Positions 15,733 through 24,850 of a stretch of 26,290 bases of DNA are shown in pieces (positions within the stretch are counted from its first letter, which is position 1; every line of letters begins with the position of its first letter). The DNA is from a virus. Its lineage: Duplodnaviria; Caudoviricetes. The notes under the pieces are model-generated. The model was not told the origin of the DNA. It ran no database searches and saw only the letters and a program-made list of their open reading frames with translations. Position numbers and translations under genes: made by a program. The DNA is taken from the IMG/VR virus record IMGVR_UViG_3300012971_000075, positions 1 through 26,290 of that record; one strand, 5' to 3'.

Positions 15733-15844
15733 GAATAGTCCATTATGCCCCACGTATTGAACAGTGAAAGTGTCCCCATCCCCCTAGGATTCTAGATGTA
15801 ATCTGTTAGCAACAACTTCGCACTCTACACCGCATCAGGCGGGC

Positions 15845-15873
15845 AGTATATAGAACTCGTGTTCTATAGTCAA
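15845..15873 (-). promoter_or_regulatory. Sigma70/SigA-type promoter reading leftward
   Basis: Minus strand TTGACT-N17-TATACT. Confidence 0.8.
15849..15868. promoter_or_regulatory. Palindromic operator matching the Gram-positive-type LexA (SOS) box
   Basis: TATAGAAC-TCGT-GTTCTATA, core GAAC-N4-GTTC, filling the promoter spacer. Confidence 0.7.
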
Positions 15874-15916
15874 GGGTGAAGTGGAGGTGCGGGTTGTGGA
15901 TGGAGGGGGTCTGGCC

Positions 15917-16522
15917 ATGAGCAATGGTGAGCGCCCTGAGCGGCAGGACGACGAGTTCAACGTAGACGCGGAGCGGGTCTACGGCTGGCACACGTACGCG
16001 GATCTGGAGGGTGCCGGTCCGATGTCACAAAATCCAGAATTTCCCACCGGCGGTGCCGGGGACCCACGCACTACGGGCGAGTCACCACCGACAACAGACG
16101 CCCACAACCCGCCACAACCCATCCTAGACGGTCACGTTGATCCCGAAGAGGCGGGTGGCCAGACTTCCGAGAATGCGAAACGGAGACGACGCACTCGCCG
16201 GTCGCGGGCGATGCCCATGACCAGTACCTCGATGGATCCAGAGACCAAATTCAGCGATCTGCACGAGCCGTGGCTGAAGCGCGAGCAAGCTGCCGAGTAC
16301 CTGGGCATTCATCCCAACACGCTCGACAGTCTGCGGCGCGACGGCAAGATCCACCCGCTGTACATCACCTCGCGCGTCCTGGTGTACGAGCTGAGCGAGC
16401 TCGAACGCTTCACACGCGAGCAGCGCGGTCTGCCGCCGCTCGGACCGGTCGAGCCGCCACCGGCGCCTGAGCCACAGCCAAAGCCCCGCCGCGTTCGCGA
16501 CTGGAACGCGCCCAAGCAGTGA
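15917..16522 (+). CDS. Excisionase-like HTH DNA-binding protein with long disordered N-terminus
   Basis: 'WLKREQAAEYLGIHPNTLDSLRRDGKI...YELSELERF'; start uncertain (15917, 16022 or later). Confidence 0.75.
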   Translation: MSNGERPERQDDEFNVDAERVYGWHTYADLEGAGPMSQNPEFPTGGAGDPRTTGESPPTTDAHNPPQPILDGHVDPEEAGGQTSENAKRRRRTRRSRAMPMTSTSMDPETKFSDLHEPWLKREQAAEYLGIHPNTLDSLRRDGKIHPLYITSRVLVYELSELERFTREQRGLPPLGPVEPPPAPEPQPKPRRVRDWNAPKQ

Positions 16523-16526
16523 GCCG

Positions 16527-17111
16527 ATGTCCGAGCAGACGCCTGGCGGCAGTATGTCTTCGGAAGCCCTCCTGCAGGCCAGCCGCGCGTACATGGCGGC
16601 GGCCAACCGGAGCAGCACGCTCTACGAGCTGAGCGAAGACTTCCTGCGCATCCTCGACCTGGTCGAGGATCCCGAACAGGACGAGCAGGCGCTCGAGGCG
16701 GAGCTCGATCGCATCAGCGGGCTGATCGCCCACAAGGCTGAGGCGATCGCCGGGCTGGTGGCCCACATCGAGGGTCTGGCCGATGCCCGACGCGCAGAAA
16801 GCAAGCGGCTGAAGGAGCGCGCCGACGCCGACGAGCGGCACGCGCAACGTCTGCGCGACTACGTGTTCCGCCACATGCAGGCCATCGGCAGCGAGCGCAT
16901 CGAGACGGTCAGATTCACGCTGCAGATCAAGACCAACCCACCCGCGGTCGAGGTCCTCGACGGCTGGGAGGTGCGGGTTTCACCGCAGTTCCTGCGCACG
17001 GTAACGACGGTGAGCGTGGACAAGCGCAGCATTCTGGACCACTACAAGCAGACCGGCGAGATCCCGGACGGGGTCGACATCTCGCGCAAGCAACGACTGG
17101 AGATCAGATGA
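16527..17111 (+). CDS. Siphovirus Gp157-family protein
   Basis: 'TLYELSEDF...KAEAIAGLV...ESKRLKER...LRDYV...IKTNPPAVEV...VDKRSI...GEIPDGV...LEIR'. Confidence 0.88.
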   Translation: MSEQTPGGSMSSEALLQASRAYMAAANRSSTLYELSEDFLRILDLVEDPEQDEQALEAELDRISGLIAHKAEAIAGLVAHIEGLADARRAESKRLKERADADERHAQRLRDYVFRHMQAIGSERIETVRFTLQIKTNPPAVEVLDGWEVRVSPQFLRTVTTVSVDKRSILDHYKQTGEIPDGVDISRKQRLEIR

Positions 17112-17305
17112 CACAGGATCAGGTGGAGGTTCTGTACGAACGCTGGGTGTCCTACCCGAATGTGGTGCGCTACGTGCCGTCGACCGATCACGGCGTGTAC
17201 GCGACCTACGGCGGCTTCTGGTGCACCGACTGGCTCGGTGACTACGCCATGGTGGAGCGCCTCGGCGTCAAGCCCGAGGATCCTCTGCCGCGCAAGAGCG
17301 CCTGA
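17108..17305 (+). CDS. Hypothetical protein
   Basis: ATGA overlap; operon packing. Confidence 0.65.
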   Translation: MTQDQVEVLYERWVSYPNVVRYVPSTDHGVYATYGGFWCTDWLGDYAMVERLGVKPEDPLPRKSA

Positions 17306-17307
17306 GC

Positions 17308-17535
17308 ATGGCGCAGGTCACGGCGCACTACGAACGCAAGCTCAGCGATGGCAACTATGGCTCGGAAGGCCTGGCGCTGTCCTGGACGTGGGACGTCCAG
17401 GAGCACATGGCGGATGAGATCGACTCGGCGATCGACATCCTGCGCACGCGCGTGCTGACCGAGCTGGCCAATTCTGCCTCCGAACAGGTGCGCTTCATCG
17501 CCAACCATGAATTGCGCGCCCGGGCGCCCGCATGA
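17308..17535 (+). CDS. Hypothetical protein
   Basis: Operon packing; 'YERKLSDGNYGSE' motif. Confidence 0.65.
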   Translation: MAQVTAHYERKLSDGNYGSEGLALSWTWDVQEHMADEIDSAIDILRTRVLTELANSASEQVRFIANHELRARAPA

Positions 17536-17708
17536 GCGAGGCCAACACAGACGTCGACGAGGTCATCTCGGGCCAGTTTCTGATCGCACTGCACGACCAG
17601 GCCGTGCGCATGGTCGCCTCGACTAACCCGCTGATTGCCAACTGGGGCAGGCACCTGCTCGAGGACTGGCGGTCGCTAGAGCTGCTCGCGGAACGGCAAC
17701 GCGCGTGA
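17532..17708 (+). CDS. Hypothetical protein (58 aa)
   Basis: Manual translation MSEANTDVDEVISGQFLIALHDQAVRMVAS...; 4-nt overlaps at both ends. Confidence 0.6.
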   Translation: MSEANTDVDEVISGQFLIALHDQAVRMVASTNPLIANWGRHLLEDWRSLELLAERQRA

Positions 17709-17905
17709 GCGCTGACGCGACGTGGGTCGACGAGGTGATCGAGGGCTGGACGCCGGACCCAGTGCCTGAGCTGTGCCAGGAATGGGCCTGCAACGAGCCT
17801 GCGCAGACCTGGTGCCCGTTGTGCCGCGCGTTCTTCTGTGCGTACCACGACGAGCTCGTGCCCGTGCGTCGGCACGCCTGTCTGAAGGGACACGCCGAAG
17901 CATGA
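17705..17905 (+). CDS. B-box-like zinc-finger protein
   Basis: 'CQEWACNEPAQTWCPLCRAFFCAYHDEL...HAC'. Confidence 0.65.
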   Translation: MSADATWVDEVIEGWTPDPVPELCQEWACNEPAQTWCPLCRAFFCAYHDELVPVRRHACLKGHAEA

Positions 17906-18075
17906 GCTTGAGCTACTGGTCCAAGCACAAGCATGAACCGTGGAGCAGCAAGTGTCGGGCAAGCACGCACTGGGCGTGCTACGGCGTGCGTCGATTCAAC
18001 GGCACCCGTCAACCCTGCGAGTGCCCGTACCACCAGACGAGGATTGAGCCTGTGCTCAAGCAGGCCGTGGTGTGA
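17902..18075 (+). CDS. Small Cys/His protein
   Basis: ATGA overlap; 'CRASTHWAC...CECPYH'. Confidence 0.6.
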   Translation: MSLSYWSKHKHEPWSSKCRASTHWACYGVRRFNGTRQPCECPYHQTRIEPVLKQAVV

Positions 18076-18158
18076 GTGATGACCAGATCCACATTTTCCT
18101 GTTGTTTCTGGGGCTGGTGCTGCTGCTCATGATCATCGTCGCCAGGACGATGCGCTAG
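18072..18158 (+). CDS. 28-aa single-TM peptide
   Basis: GTGA overlap; MSDDQIHIFLLFLGLVLLLMIIVARTMR. Confidence 0.55.
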   Translation: MSDDQIHIFLLFLGLVLLLMIIVARTMR

Positions 18159-18322
18159 TGAACGAGCTGGAGGCGCGCGTCCTGGAGCTGCAAGCCTACG
18201 TCGACCGGGTGGTGGCCGAATGCCACGATCCGGCGACGCCACGTCAACGGCGAGAGGATCTGCTGCGCGAGATGCGCGCATTGCAACGCTTGCTGCTCGC
18301 TGTCCAGCGCGAGATGAGTTAG
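18158..18322 (+). CDS. Helical hypothetical protein (54 aa)
   Basis: MNELEARVLELQAYVDRVVAEC...; fills the gap exactly up to the ATG at 18323. Confidence 0.55.
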   Translation: MNELEARVLELQAYVDRVVAECHDPATPRQRREDLLREMRALQRLLLAVQREMS

Positions 18323-18941
<619 letters not shown>

Positions 18942-18945
<4 letters not shown>

Positions 18946-19331
18946 AAAAGCTCGCTCAGCCACCGCTGAACGGTCAGCAATTCCGTCGACTGATGGATGG
19001 CGATCTGAAGGAGCGCGACTGGCAGAAGCAAATCGAAGAGGCGCTCGACCTGTTCGGCTGGTGGTGGCTGCACATCCCGGCCAACGTGGTGGTCTGTCCG
19101 GCCTGTCGCAGACGTATCTACCGCGGCATTGCCAAAGGCTTTCCCGACATTCTCGCGCTGAAGCCGCCGCACATCCTGTGGATCGAGTGCAAGCGTGAGC
19201 GTGGACAGCTCGACGCCGAACAGAAGCGTGTGGGCGCCATGCTGGCGGCGTGCGGCCAGCGCTGGATCCACGCGCGGCCGCGGGATCGCGAAGCGTTGCT
19301 GCAGGTCATCGCGCATCCGGAGGCGGCGTGA
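18942..19331 (+). CDS. VRR-NUC domain (PD-(D/E)xK) nuclease/resolvase
   Basis: 'ERDWQKQI...GFPDILAL...LWIECKRERGQLDAEQ'. Confidence 0.85.
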
Positions 19332-19531
19332 GTCGCTTTCTGCTCGTGGAACTCGAAGTTGATCTGGATCACCATGCGCGACAGGCAGCCTGGGATTGGA
19401 TCCTGCTCGCTCCCGCGGTCCAGCGCCTGACGGATATGGAGGTGCTCAGCCCGCAAACGTACGAGCAGTGGATGCTGCCGCGTCAGATGTCACTGGTCTC
19501 GGCAGCAAAGAAGGCGCGTCCAAGACGATGA
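19328..19531 (+). CDS. Hypothetical protein
   Basis: GTGA and ATGA overlaps; GGAGG RBS. Confidence 0.6.
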   Translation: MSRFLLVELEVDLDHHARQAAWDWILLAPAVQRLTDMEVLSPQTYEQWMLPRQMSLVSAAKKARPRR

Positions 19532-19869
19532 GCCTGACCCGCGAGCAGCGTGCCGAGTTGCACTATCAGGACCGCGGCCAGTGGCTGCGACTGCGCGTGC
19601 GGCACTGCACGACGCAGGTGTTCGGCATCGCCTCGCTGTCGAACCCGCAGCACTACTACCTGTCGGACGGGACGTCCTGCACGTGCCCCGATTTTCGGTT
19701 CCACGGGCTCGCTGACGTGCGCATGGGGCAGGCCGGGCTGCACCACCCGTGTTCGCACGTGATGGCCGTCAGGCGCGTTCTGGAGCTGCCTGCGGTCGAT
19801 TTAAAAAACGTCGCTCCAGAGCATTGGAAAATTCAGGCCGCGATCGCAGAGTCGCAGCGAACGGAGTAA
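19528..19869 (+). CDS. SWIM zinc-finger protein
   Basis: 'SCTCPDF...PCSHVMAV' fits CxC-xn-CxH. Confidence 0.75.
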   Translation: MSLTREQRAELHYQDRGQWLRLRVRHCTTQVFGIASLSNPQHYYLSDGTSCTCPDFRFHGLADVRMGQAGLHHPCSHVMAVRRVLELPAVDLKNVAPEHWKIQAAIAESQRTE

Positions 19870-19876
19870 CTGAGAG

Positions 19877-20554
19877 ATGCCAGGCATGCGTGATCCGAGC
19901 GCCAGTGGGCTGAGTGTGCCGAGTGAGATCCAGGCCAATGAGATGTACATCGCCACGCTGGTCGAGGTCGAGGCGCGCGAGTACAAGGGGCCACCCCACT
20001 ACAACAAGGACGGTACGCAGAAGCAAGAAACGTCGATCGTGTGGAAGTTCGAGCTGAAGGATCGCGACGACCTGCACACGATCTGCAAAGACGACGGCGA
20101 GCCGTATCAGCAGTGGCGGTTTACGTCGGACGCGACCGGCGACGGCTCGTTCGGTCGCGACATCATCGAAGCGCTGGCCGGACGTGAGGTGACCGATACG
20201 GAGGTCATCCAGATGCTGGCCGCCGACGAGGACCACCTGCCGACGAAGCTGTATGGCAAGTCGTGCCTGGTGGTGCTCGGCACCTACACCCGCGCGAATG
20301 GGCAGGAGGGCATCGGCATCAACCAGCAGTTGCCGCTGGGCGACAAAGACAAGAAGCGCCTGAAGGGCGCGCCGAAGGCGGCAGCCCGCGCCGATCTGCC
20401 GTTTGATGCCGGTTCGCGCATGGGCAGCCCACCCCCGCAACAGTGGGACCAGAAGGGGCGGCCGCTGCCCTCGCAGACGGCGGCGCGCTCGCAACCATCG
20501 GTGGCTGCGCCGTCGGTCGCGGAGGAGGCAGACGACGACGACGCGCCGTTCTGA
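19877..20554 (+). CDS. Putative single-stranded DNA-binding protein
   Basis: Beta-rich N-terminal half, disordered linker, acidic tail 'EEADDDDAPF'; lies before the primase. Confidence 0.7.
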   Translation: MPGMRDPSASGLSVPSEIQANEMYIATLVEVEAREYKGPPHYNKDGTQKQETSIVWKFELKDRDDLHTICKDDGEPYQQWRFTSDATGDGSFGRDIIEALAGREVTDTEVIQMLAADEDHLPTKLYGKSCLVVLGTYTRANGQEGIGINQQLPLGDKDKKRLKGAPKAAARADLPFDAGSRMGSPPPQQWDQKGRPLPSQTAARSQPSVAAPSVAEEADDDDAPF

Positions 20555-20564
20555 GTGAAGGCTG

Positions 20565-21128
20565 GTGCTCTCGCGTCTGGGTCGCGCGGAGCACGTTCTG
20601 TTGCTGGGAGATACCGCCTTGGACGGGCGCAGGTACGCGATCTCTCGTTTCGCATCGCGACACGATGTTCAGCCTGATCCGTACGAGTTGACCTGGGATG
20701 AGCTGGTCTGGACGTTGAGTCAGCACGAGGTGCGGGCATCCAAGCATGACATGTGGCTCTGGTCGCCGACGCGTTATCGCGATGGTGCTACTCGTGGTCG
20801 AGAAGGTGTCGAGTCGGTAAGTCTGTTCGTGGCCGACATCGACGACGGCACCAGCGGTCAGGACATGTGCGCGCGGCTGATGATGCTGGGCACCTCGTTT
20901 CTAGTCGTCTCGACGTGGTCGCACACACTCGCGGTGCCACACCTGCGGTGTGTGTTGCCGCTGGATGAGCCGATTCCAACGCGGCTGTACGACGACGTCT
21001 GGCAGTCGTTCAATACCTATCTCTTCAGCACGCACATCGATCCGCAAACCAAAGATCCGAGTCGGATGTTTTATGGACCGAGTTGTTCTGCTGAGCATCT
21101 AGGAGAGGTGTTTGTCGGACAGCTCTGA
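20565..21128 (+). CDS. AEP-superfamily primase catalytic domain
   Basis: 'FVADIDDG' (DxD), 'STWSHT', 'HLRCVLPL', 'DPQTKDPSRMFY'. Confidence 0.8.
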   Translation: MLSRLGRAEHVLLLGDTALDGRRYAISRFASRHDVQPDPYELTWDELVWTLSQHEVRASKHDMWLWSPTRYRDGATRGREGVESVSLFVADIDDGTSGQDMCARLMMLGTSFLVVSTWSHTLAVPHLRCVLPLDEPIPTRLYDDVWQSFNTYLFSTHIDPQTKDPSRMFYGPSCSAEHLGEVFVGQL

Positions 21129-22590
21129 GCGTGCCTTTGTTTGGCGCTATCTGGATCCTGTCCCGCCACCGGTCATCGTGGTGGCCGGCACCATCCGTCC
21201 CGATCCAACACATTTTGGCGAGCTTGAGTATCGCGCTGAGTGCTTGCTCGCCAAGTGGTGCCGGGAACTCGCCGCGATGGTGCCGGATTCAGGTCGACAC
21301 AACGCGTTGAGGAATAAAGCGCGTGCCGCGGGCGGTCTGATTGCGCTTGATCTGCTCAGGTACGGCGAGGTGTACGCCGCGTTCTTCGCGGCGTGTCAGC
21401 AGAACGGGCTGACGCAGGACTCCGGCGGGGCGGCCGAGCGCACGATTCGCGACGGGCTGGCGCATGGCGCGCAGACCCCGTGGGCGCCCAACGATTTGCC
21501 CGATTCACCCGTCTGGCGCACACGCTTCGAGACGCCTCGAATCGGATCGAAAAAAGCTGTTCCCGGTTCCCAACCTAGGGATGGGAACAGCGGAACAGAA
21601 ACTTTGGCCTTGTTTGAGACCGCGCGAGCAGTAGCCGAGCAAGCCCTTCCGCAGGTCGCGTGGATCGCTCGACCGTGGATTGCCGAGGGAGGTCTGACTG
21701 AGGTCGACGGCAAGGTCAAGCAGGCCGGCAAGACGACGTGGTTGCTGGCCTTGATCCGCTGCGTGCTGGATGGCGAGCCGTTCATGGGCGAGAACACGCT
21801 GCAGACCCCGGTGGTGTTGCTGTCGGAACAGAGTCCGCGGTCGCTGCAGCAGGCGCTGTTTCGCGCGGGGCTCGAGGCGCACGATGACCTGCACATTCTG
21901 TTCTGGCACAAGGTGCGCGAGTTGCGGTGGCCACATGTGGTCGAGCTGGCCGCCGACAAGTGTCGCGAGGTGGGCGCCAGACTGCTGGCCGTCGACACGT
22001 TGGGGCAGTTCATTGGCTTGCATGGCGATTCGGAAAACAACGCGGGTGACGCGCTGGTCTCGATGCAGCCGCTGCAGGCGGCGATCGCGCAGGAGGGGCT
22101 AGCGGTCGTGTTCAACCGGCACGAGCGCAAGAGTGGCGGCGAGGTGGGCGATTCGGGTCGTGGCTCGAGTGCGTACGCCGGCGCTGTCGACATCATCATT
22201 TCGCTGCGTCGGGCGGGCCAGGATCTGCGGCCGACAGCCAGGCATCTGCACGCGCTGTCGCGGTTCGACGAGACGCCGCAGCGGACGGTGATCGAGTTGC
22301 AGGGCATGCGCTACGTGGTGCTCGGCAGCGAAGAGCGCGTGCTGGCGGGGCAGATCGAGACAGAGATTCTGGGTGTGCTCGGTACCGAAGCCGAGCCGAT
22401 GTCGGAAGGTGACGTGCAGGAGCAACTCACGCGACGTCGAGCCGATATTTCGGCTGCGCTGAAAGTGCTGGTAGCCACGGGACGCATCCGGCGCATCGGC
22501 ACGGGCAAGCGTGGAGATCCGTACCGGTATTTTCGTCCGACGGACGACGCCGATGATGATGACGACCTTGAGCAAGAGGAGCTGCCGTGA
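21112..22590 (+). CDS. Primase accessory region plus RecA-like (AAA_25/RepA-type) replicative helicase
   Basis: Walker A variant 'GKVKQAGKTT', Walker B 'LLAVDTL', 'HERKSG...GRGSSAYAGAVD', C-terminal winged-helix-like segment. Confidence 0.85.
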   Translation: MSDSSERAFVWRYLDPVPPPVIVVAGTIRPDPTHFGELEYRAECLLAKWCRELAAMVPDSGRHNALRNKARAAGGLIALDLLRYGEVYAAFFAACQQNGLTQDSGGAAERTIRDGLAHGAQTPWAPNDLPDSPVWRTRFETPRIGSKKAVPGSQPRDGNSGTETLALFETARAVAEQALPQVAWIARPWIAEGGLTEVDGKVKQAGKTTWLLALIRCVLDGEPFMGENTLQTPVVLLSEQSPRSLQQALFRAGLEAHDDLHILFWHKVRELRWPHVVELAADKCREVGARLLAVDTLGQFIGLHGDSENNAGDALVSMQPLQAAIAQEGLAVVFNRHERKSGGEVGDSGRGSSAYAGAVDIIISLRRAGQDLRPTARHLHALSRFDETPQRTVIELQGMRYVVLGSEERVLAGQIETEILGVLGTEAEPMSEGDVQEQLTRRRADISAALKVLVATGRIRRIGTGKRGDPYRYFRPTDDADDDDDLEQEELP

Positions 22591-22709
22591 GCGCTGATGC
22601 GATCGAGCAGGCGGTAGCCGAGTACCAGCCGGCGTGTCTGCTGGCGTTGTTCAGCGGTGGCCATGACGCTGCGAACGTACGTGGAAGACGCCATCAAAGA
22701 GATGATTGA
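22587..22709 (+). pseudogene. Truncated N-terminus of a PP-loop (PAPS reductase-like) gene
   Basis: GTGA overlap; MSADAIEQAVAEYQPACLLALFSGGHD then unrelated residues and a stop at 40 aa. Confidence 0.55.
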
Positions 22710-22821
22710 CGACGACGAGTGGAAGCGCTGCGAGCGCACTCAGACCGCTGAGCGCAAGTCAGTCAATGAGTTCATCGCCAATTGGAAACGCGCTGATGGG
22801 CGGAATGGGCACCAACCATGA
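22663..22821 (+). CDS. Hypothetical protein or C-terminal gene remnant (52 aa)
   Basis: MTLRTYVEDAIKEMIDDDEWKRCE...; ATGA overlap with the DUF4326 gene. Confidence 0.45.
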   Translation: MTLRTYVEDAIKEMIDDDEWKRCERTQTAERKSVNEFIANWKRADGRNGHQP

Positions 22822-23087
22822 CGAAAGTCGTCCACCTCCGCCGCGAGCCGTACGACGTGCGCATCGACCGCCGCTCGAAATGGGGCAATCCCTATCGGAT
22901 GCCCCAGGACGGCGATCGTGAAACCGTCATCGCGAAATACCGGGACTACATCCTGGGCAAGCCGGTGTTGCTGGCCGCCCTCGGCGATCTCCGCGGCAAG
23001 ACGTTGGGCTGCTGGTGCAAGCCGGCAGCCTGCCACGGCGATGTCCTAGTGAACCTGTGCGATTCGGCGAATTGGGAGGAGCGGTAG
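22818..23087 (+). CDS. DUF4326 domain protein
   Basis: 'VRIDRRSKWGNPY...LRGKTLGCWCKPAACHGDVL'. Confidence 0.88.
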   Translation: MTKVVHLRREPYDVRIDRRSKWGNPYRMPQDGDRETVIAKYRDYILGKPVLLAALGDLRGKTLGCWCKPAACHGDVLVNLCDSANWEER

Positions 23088-23128
23088 CTCTATGCAGACG
23101 CGATTGCCTTTGCGAATACGTTGCGTGT

Positions 23129-23479
23129 TCATACTGATTGAATCCTTGTGAGATAGGCGGTAGCCGCGGCGTGACCTTCGGCACCGGGTCCGAAGCGAGC
23201 CAGGACGGTCATGCCGCGCAGCACGCACCAGCCGTCAGCGCGGCGCTCGAGGTGAGGCGCCGGCTGCGAAAATCTGGCGGCCCGGTCTTCGAGCCGGCGG
23301 GCTGGTCTGGTCGGCACCTCGGCCAGATGCGAGAGCAGGACGCCGAGGTGATGCGGGATGGGCCAGCGACCCTGTTCCCAGCGATTGACGGTGACGCGAT
23401 GCACGCCCAATGCTGTAGCCAGTCGACCCTGATCCAACCCGGCACCCGTACGCCAGGCCTTCAGCTCGGCCGGCGTCAC
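23129..23479 (-). CDS. XRE-family HTH protein
   Basis: 'MTPAELKAWRTGAGLDQGRLATALGVHRVTVNRWEQG'. Confidence 0.85.
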   Translation of the reverse strand: MTPAELKAWRTGAGLDQGRLATALGVHRVTVNRWEQGRWPIPHHLGVLLSHLAEVPTRPARRLEDRAARFSQPAPHLERRADGWCVLRGMTVLARFGPGAEGHAAATAYLTRIQSV

Positions 23480-23637
23480 GTTCTATCTCCGATCATGCTG
23501 AGCACGGCGCCGCACGCCAAGATGACGACGCTGCCGATGAGGAGCGGGGTGACGTCGTGCGTGCTGAAGAGCAGCCAGGCGGACCACCAGGTCAGAACGC
23601 AGAGCACGATGGTGATCGCCGCGGTGCCGGGTTTCAT
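23476..23637 (-). CDS. Two-TM small membrane protein
   Basis: MKPGTAAITIVLCVLTWWSAWLLF...LLIGSVVILACGAVLSMIG. Confidence 0.6.
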   Translation of the reverse strand: MKPGTAAITIVLCVLTWWSAWLLFSTHDVTPLLIGSVVILACGAVLSMIGDRT

Positions 23638-23656
23638 GGCGCGTCGTGCCCATAGC

Positions 23657-23974
23657 TCACGACTGCACCGGACGTGGTTGGAAGACCCACACGTAGCGAT
23701 CGTTGAGCTCACCACCTACCAGGGGGGTGAAGTACTGCGGATCGTCCCAACCCATTTTGCGTGTGACCAGAACCGCGGCGTAGGCGTGGTTCTGCTCGGG
23801 ATTGAGCGCCGGTTCATAGTCGACCACGACGCGCGAGGCGCGGTCGCCGGCGTCGGCGATGATGCGCGATCCGCGGAAATTGGTGGGTCCTACGTAGCGG
23901 GTTTGAATAGCGCGATAGCACGCCTCGGGAAGTTGGACGTGGGCAAGAATGGCGGAGGCATTGTCGATAGTCAT
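23657..23974 (-). CDS. Phage hypothetical protein
   Basis: 'AIQTRYVGPTNFRGSRIIA' motif; preceded by the start-associated repeat. Confidence 0.75.
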   Translation of the reverse strand: MTIDNASAILAHVQLPEACYRAIQTRYVGPTNFRGSRIIADAGDRASRVVVDYEPALNPEQNHAYAAVLVTRKMGWDDPQYFTPLVGGELNDRYVWVFQPRPVQS

Positions 23975-23989
23975 CAGTCGTCTCTTTTT

Positions 23990-24184
23990 TCAGTCTGGTA
24001 GTCGGTTTTCGTGTTCGCGCTGCTCGAGGAAGCACGCGATGTGCTCGAGCAGCGCGAACATCTCGGTCGCGACAGGTTGCAGTTGGGCGAGGTCTACGGC
24101 CGGATTCAATTGGCCGGGCGTATCGGTATCGAAGAAGGACGCGTACGCGTTGGTGGCGTCGTTAATCTCGTCGAGCAGAGGCAT
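23990..24184 (-). CDS. Hypothetical protein
   Basis: ATG 24184 follows the start-associated repeat. Confidence 0.65.
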   Translation of the reverse strand: MPLLDEINDATNAYASFFDTDTPGQLNPAVDLAQLQPVATEMFALLEHIACFLEQREHENRLPD

Positions 24185-24186
24185 GC

Positions 24187-24255
24187 TGTCGTCTCTCTCT
24201 TTCAGTCTGCACAAGGTGGTCTAGAATCCGTTTTTGCGGGCGTGGGGTCGCGCGA
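24187..24255. repeat. ~69-bp intergenic direct repeat, copy 1
   Basis: Near-identical to 24851-24919 (shared TCTTTCAGTCTGCA, GGTGGTCTAGAATCCGT, TTTGCGGGCG, GGGGTCGCGCGA). Confidence 0.9.
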
Positions 24256-24273
24256 CAGCACGTCATCACGGTC

Positions 24274-24456
24274 TTAGACCTCAATCACGTGGTAGCTAGA
24301 AAACCGACCACGGCCGATACCGCTCAGTCCGTTGTCGCCACACGGCCAGATGGTCAGTCGCAGTTCAAAGCGCAACGGCATGCCGAGTCCCCACAACACG
24401 GCCCAGTTGGCGTACAGACCGAGGCTTGTACGAATCAGATCAAACAGGTAGTCCAT
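24274..24456 (-). CDS. Hypothetical protein
   Basis: TAATG overlap and start-associated motif. Confidence 0.55.
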   Translation of the reverse strand: MDYLFDLIRTSLGLYANWAVLWGLGMPLRFELRLTIWPCGDNGLSGIGRGRFSSYHVIEV

Positions 24457-24653
24457 TAGTCGTCTCTTCCTTCAGTCGTAGCCGCGGGCGAATCGATGTC
24501 GGCGGTTTTCAGCACGCTCGCGTAGAGCTCATCCAGTTCTTCGGAGTGCTCAACCCAGGCGTCTCCGAACAGACCGTAGCGGCGGAGGGCGCGATCGTAG
24601 CGTTGCAGCGCAGCGCGGAGGTCCCGGTAGCGGGCGTGCCAGTCGATGCTCAC
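24456..24653 (-). CDS. Hypothetical protein
   Basis: GTGA overlap with the upstream gene; MSIDWHARYRDLRAAL.... Confidence 0.6.
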   Translation of the reverse strand: MSIDWHARYRDLRAALQRYDRALRRYGLFGDAWVEHSEELDELYASVLKTADIDSPAATTEGRDD

Positions 24654-24847
24654 GGCTGCACCGGACAGCGATGGCACTCGGTCAACTCGCTGGGCAACGC
24701 GTAGAGCGCGCCACACCGCCGGCAGCAGACCCAGTGATTGGGCGTGTCGTTGTCAGCCAAGGGCCAGAGTCGACCCTGGTAGTACCAGCGTAAGGACGCT
24801 ATCTGGCGAGCAGAGATCTGCTCGCGCGTCATCGTCGAAGTCGTCAT
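24650..24847 (-). CDS. Small zinc-binding protein
   Basis: 'CCRRCG...CHRC'; follows repeat copy 2. Confidence 0.6.
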   Translation of the reverse strand: MTTSTMTREQISARQIASLRWYYQGRLWPLADNDTPNHWVCCRRCGALYALPSELTECHRCPVQP

Positions 24848-24850
24848 CAG

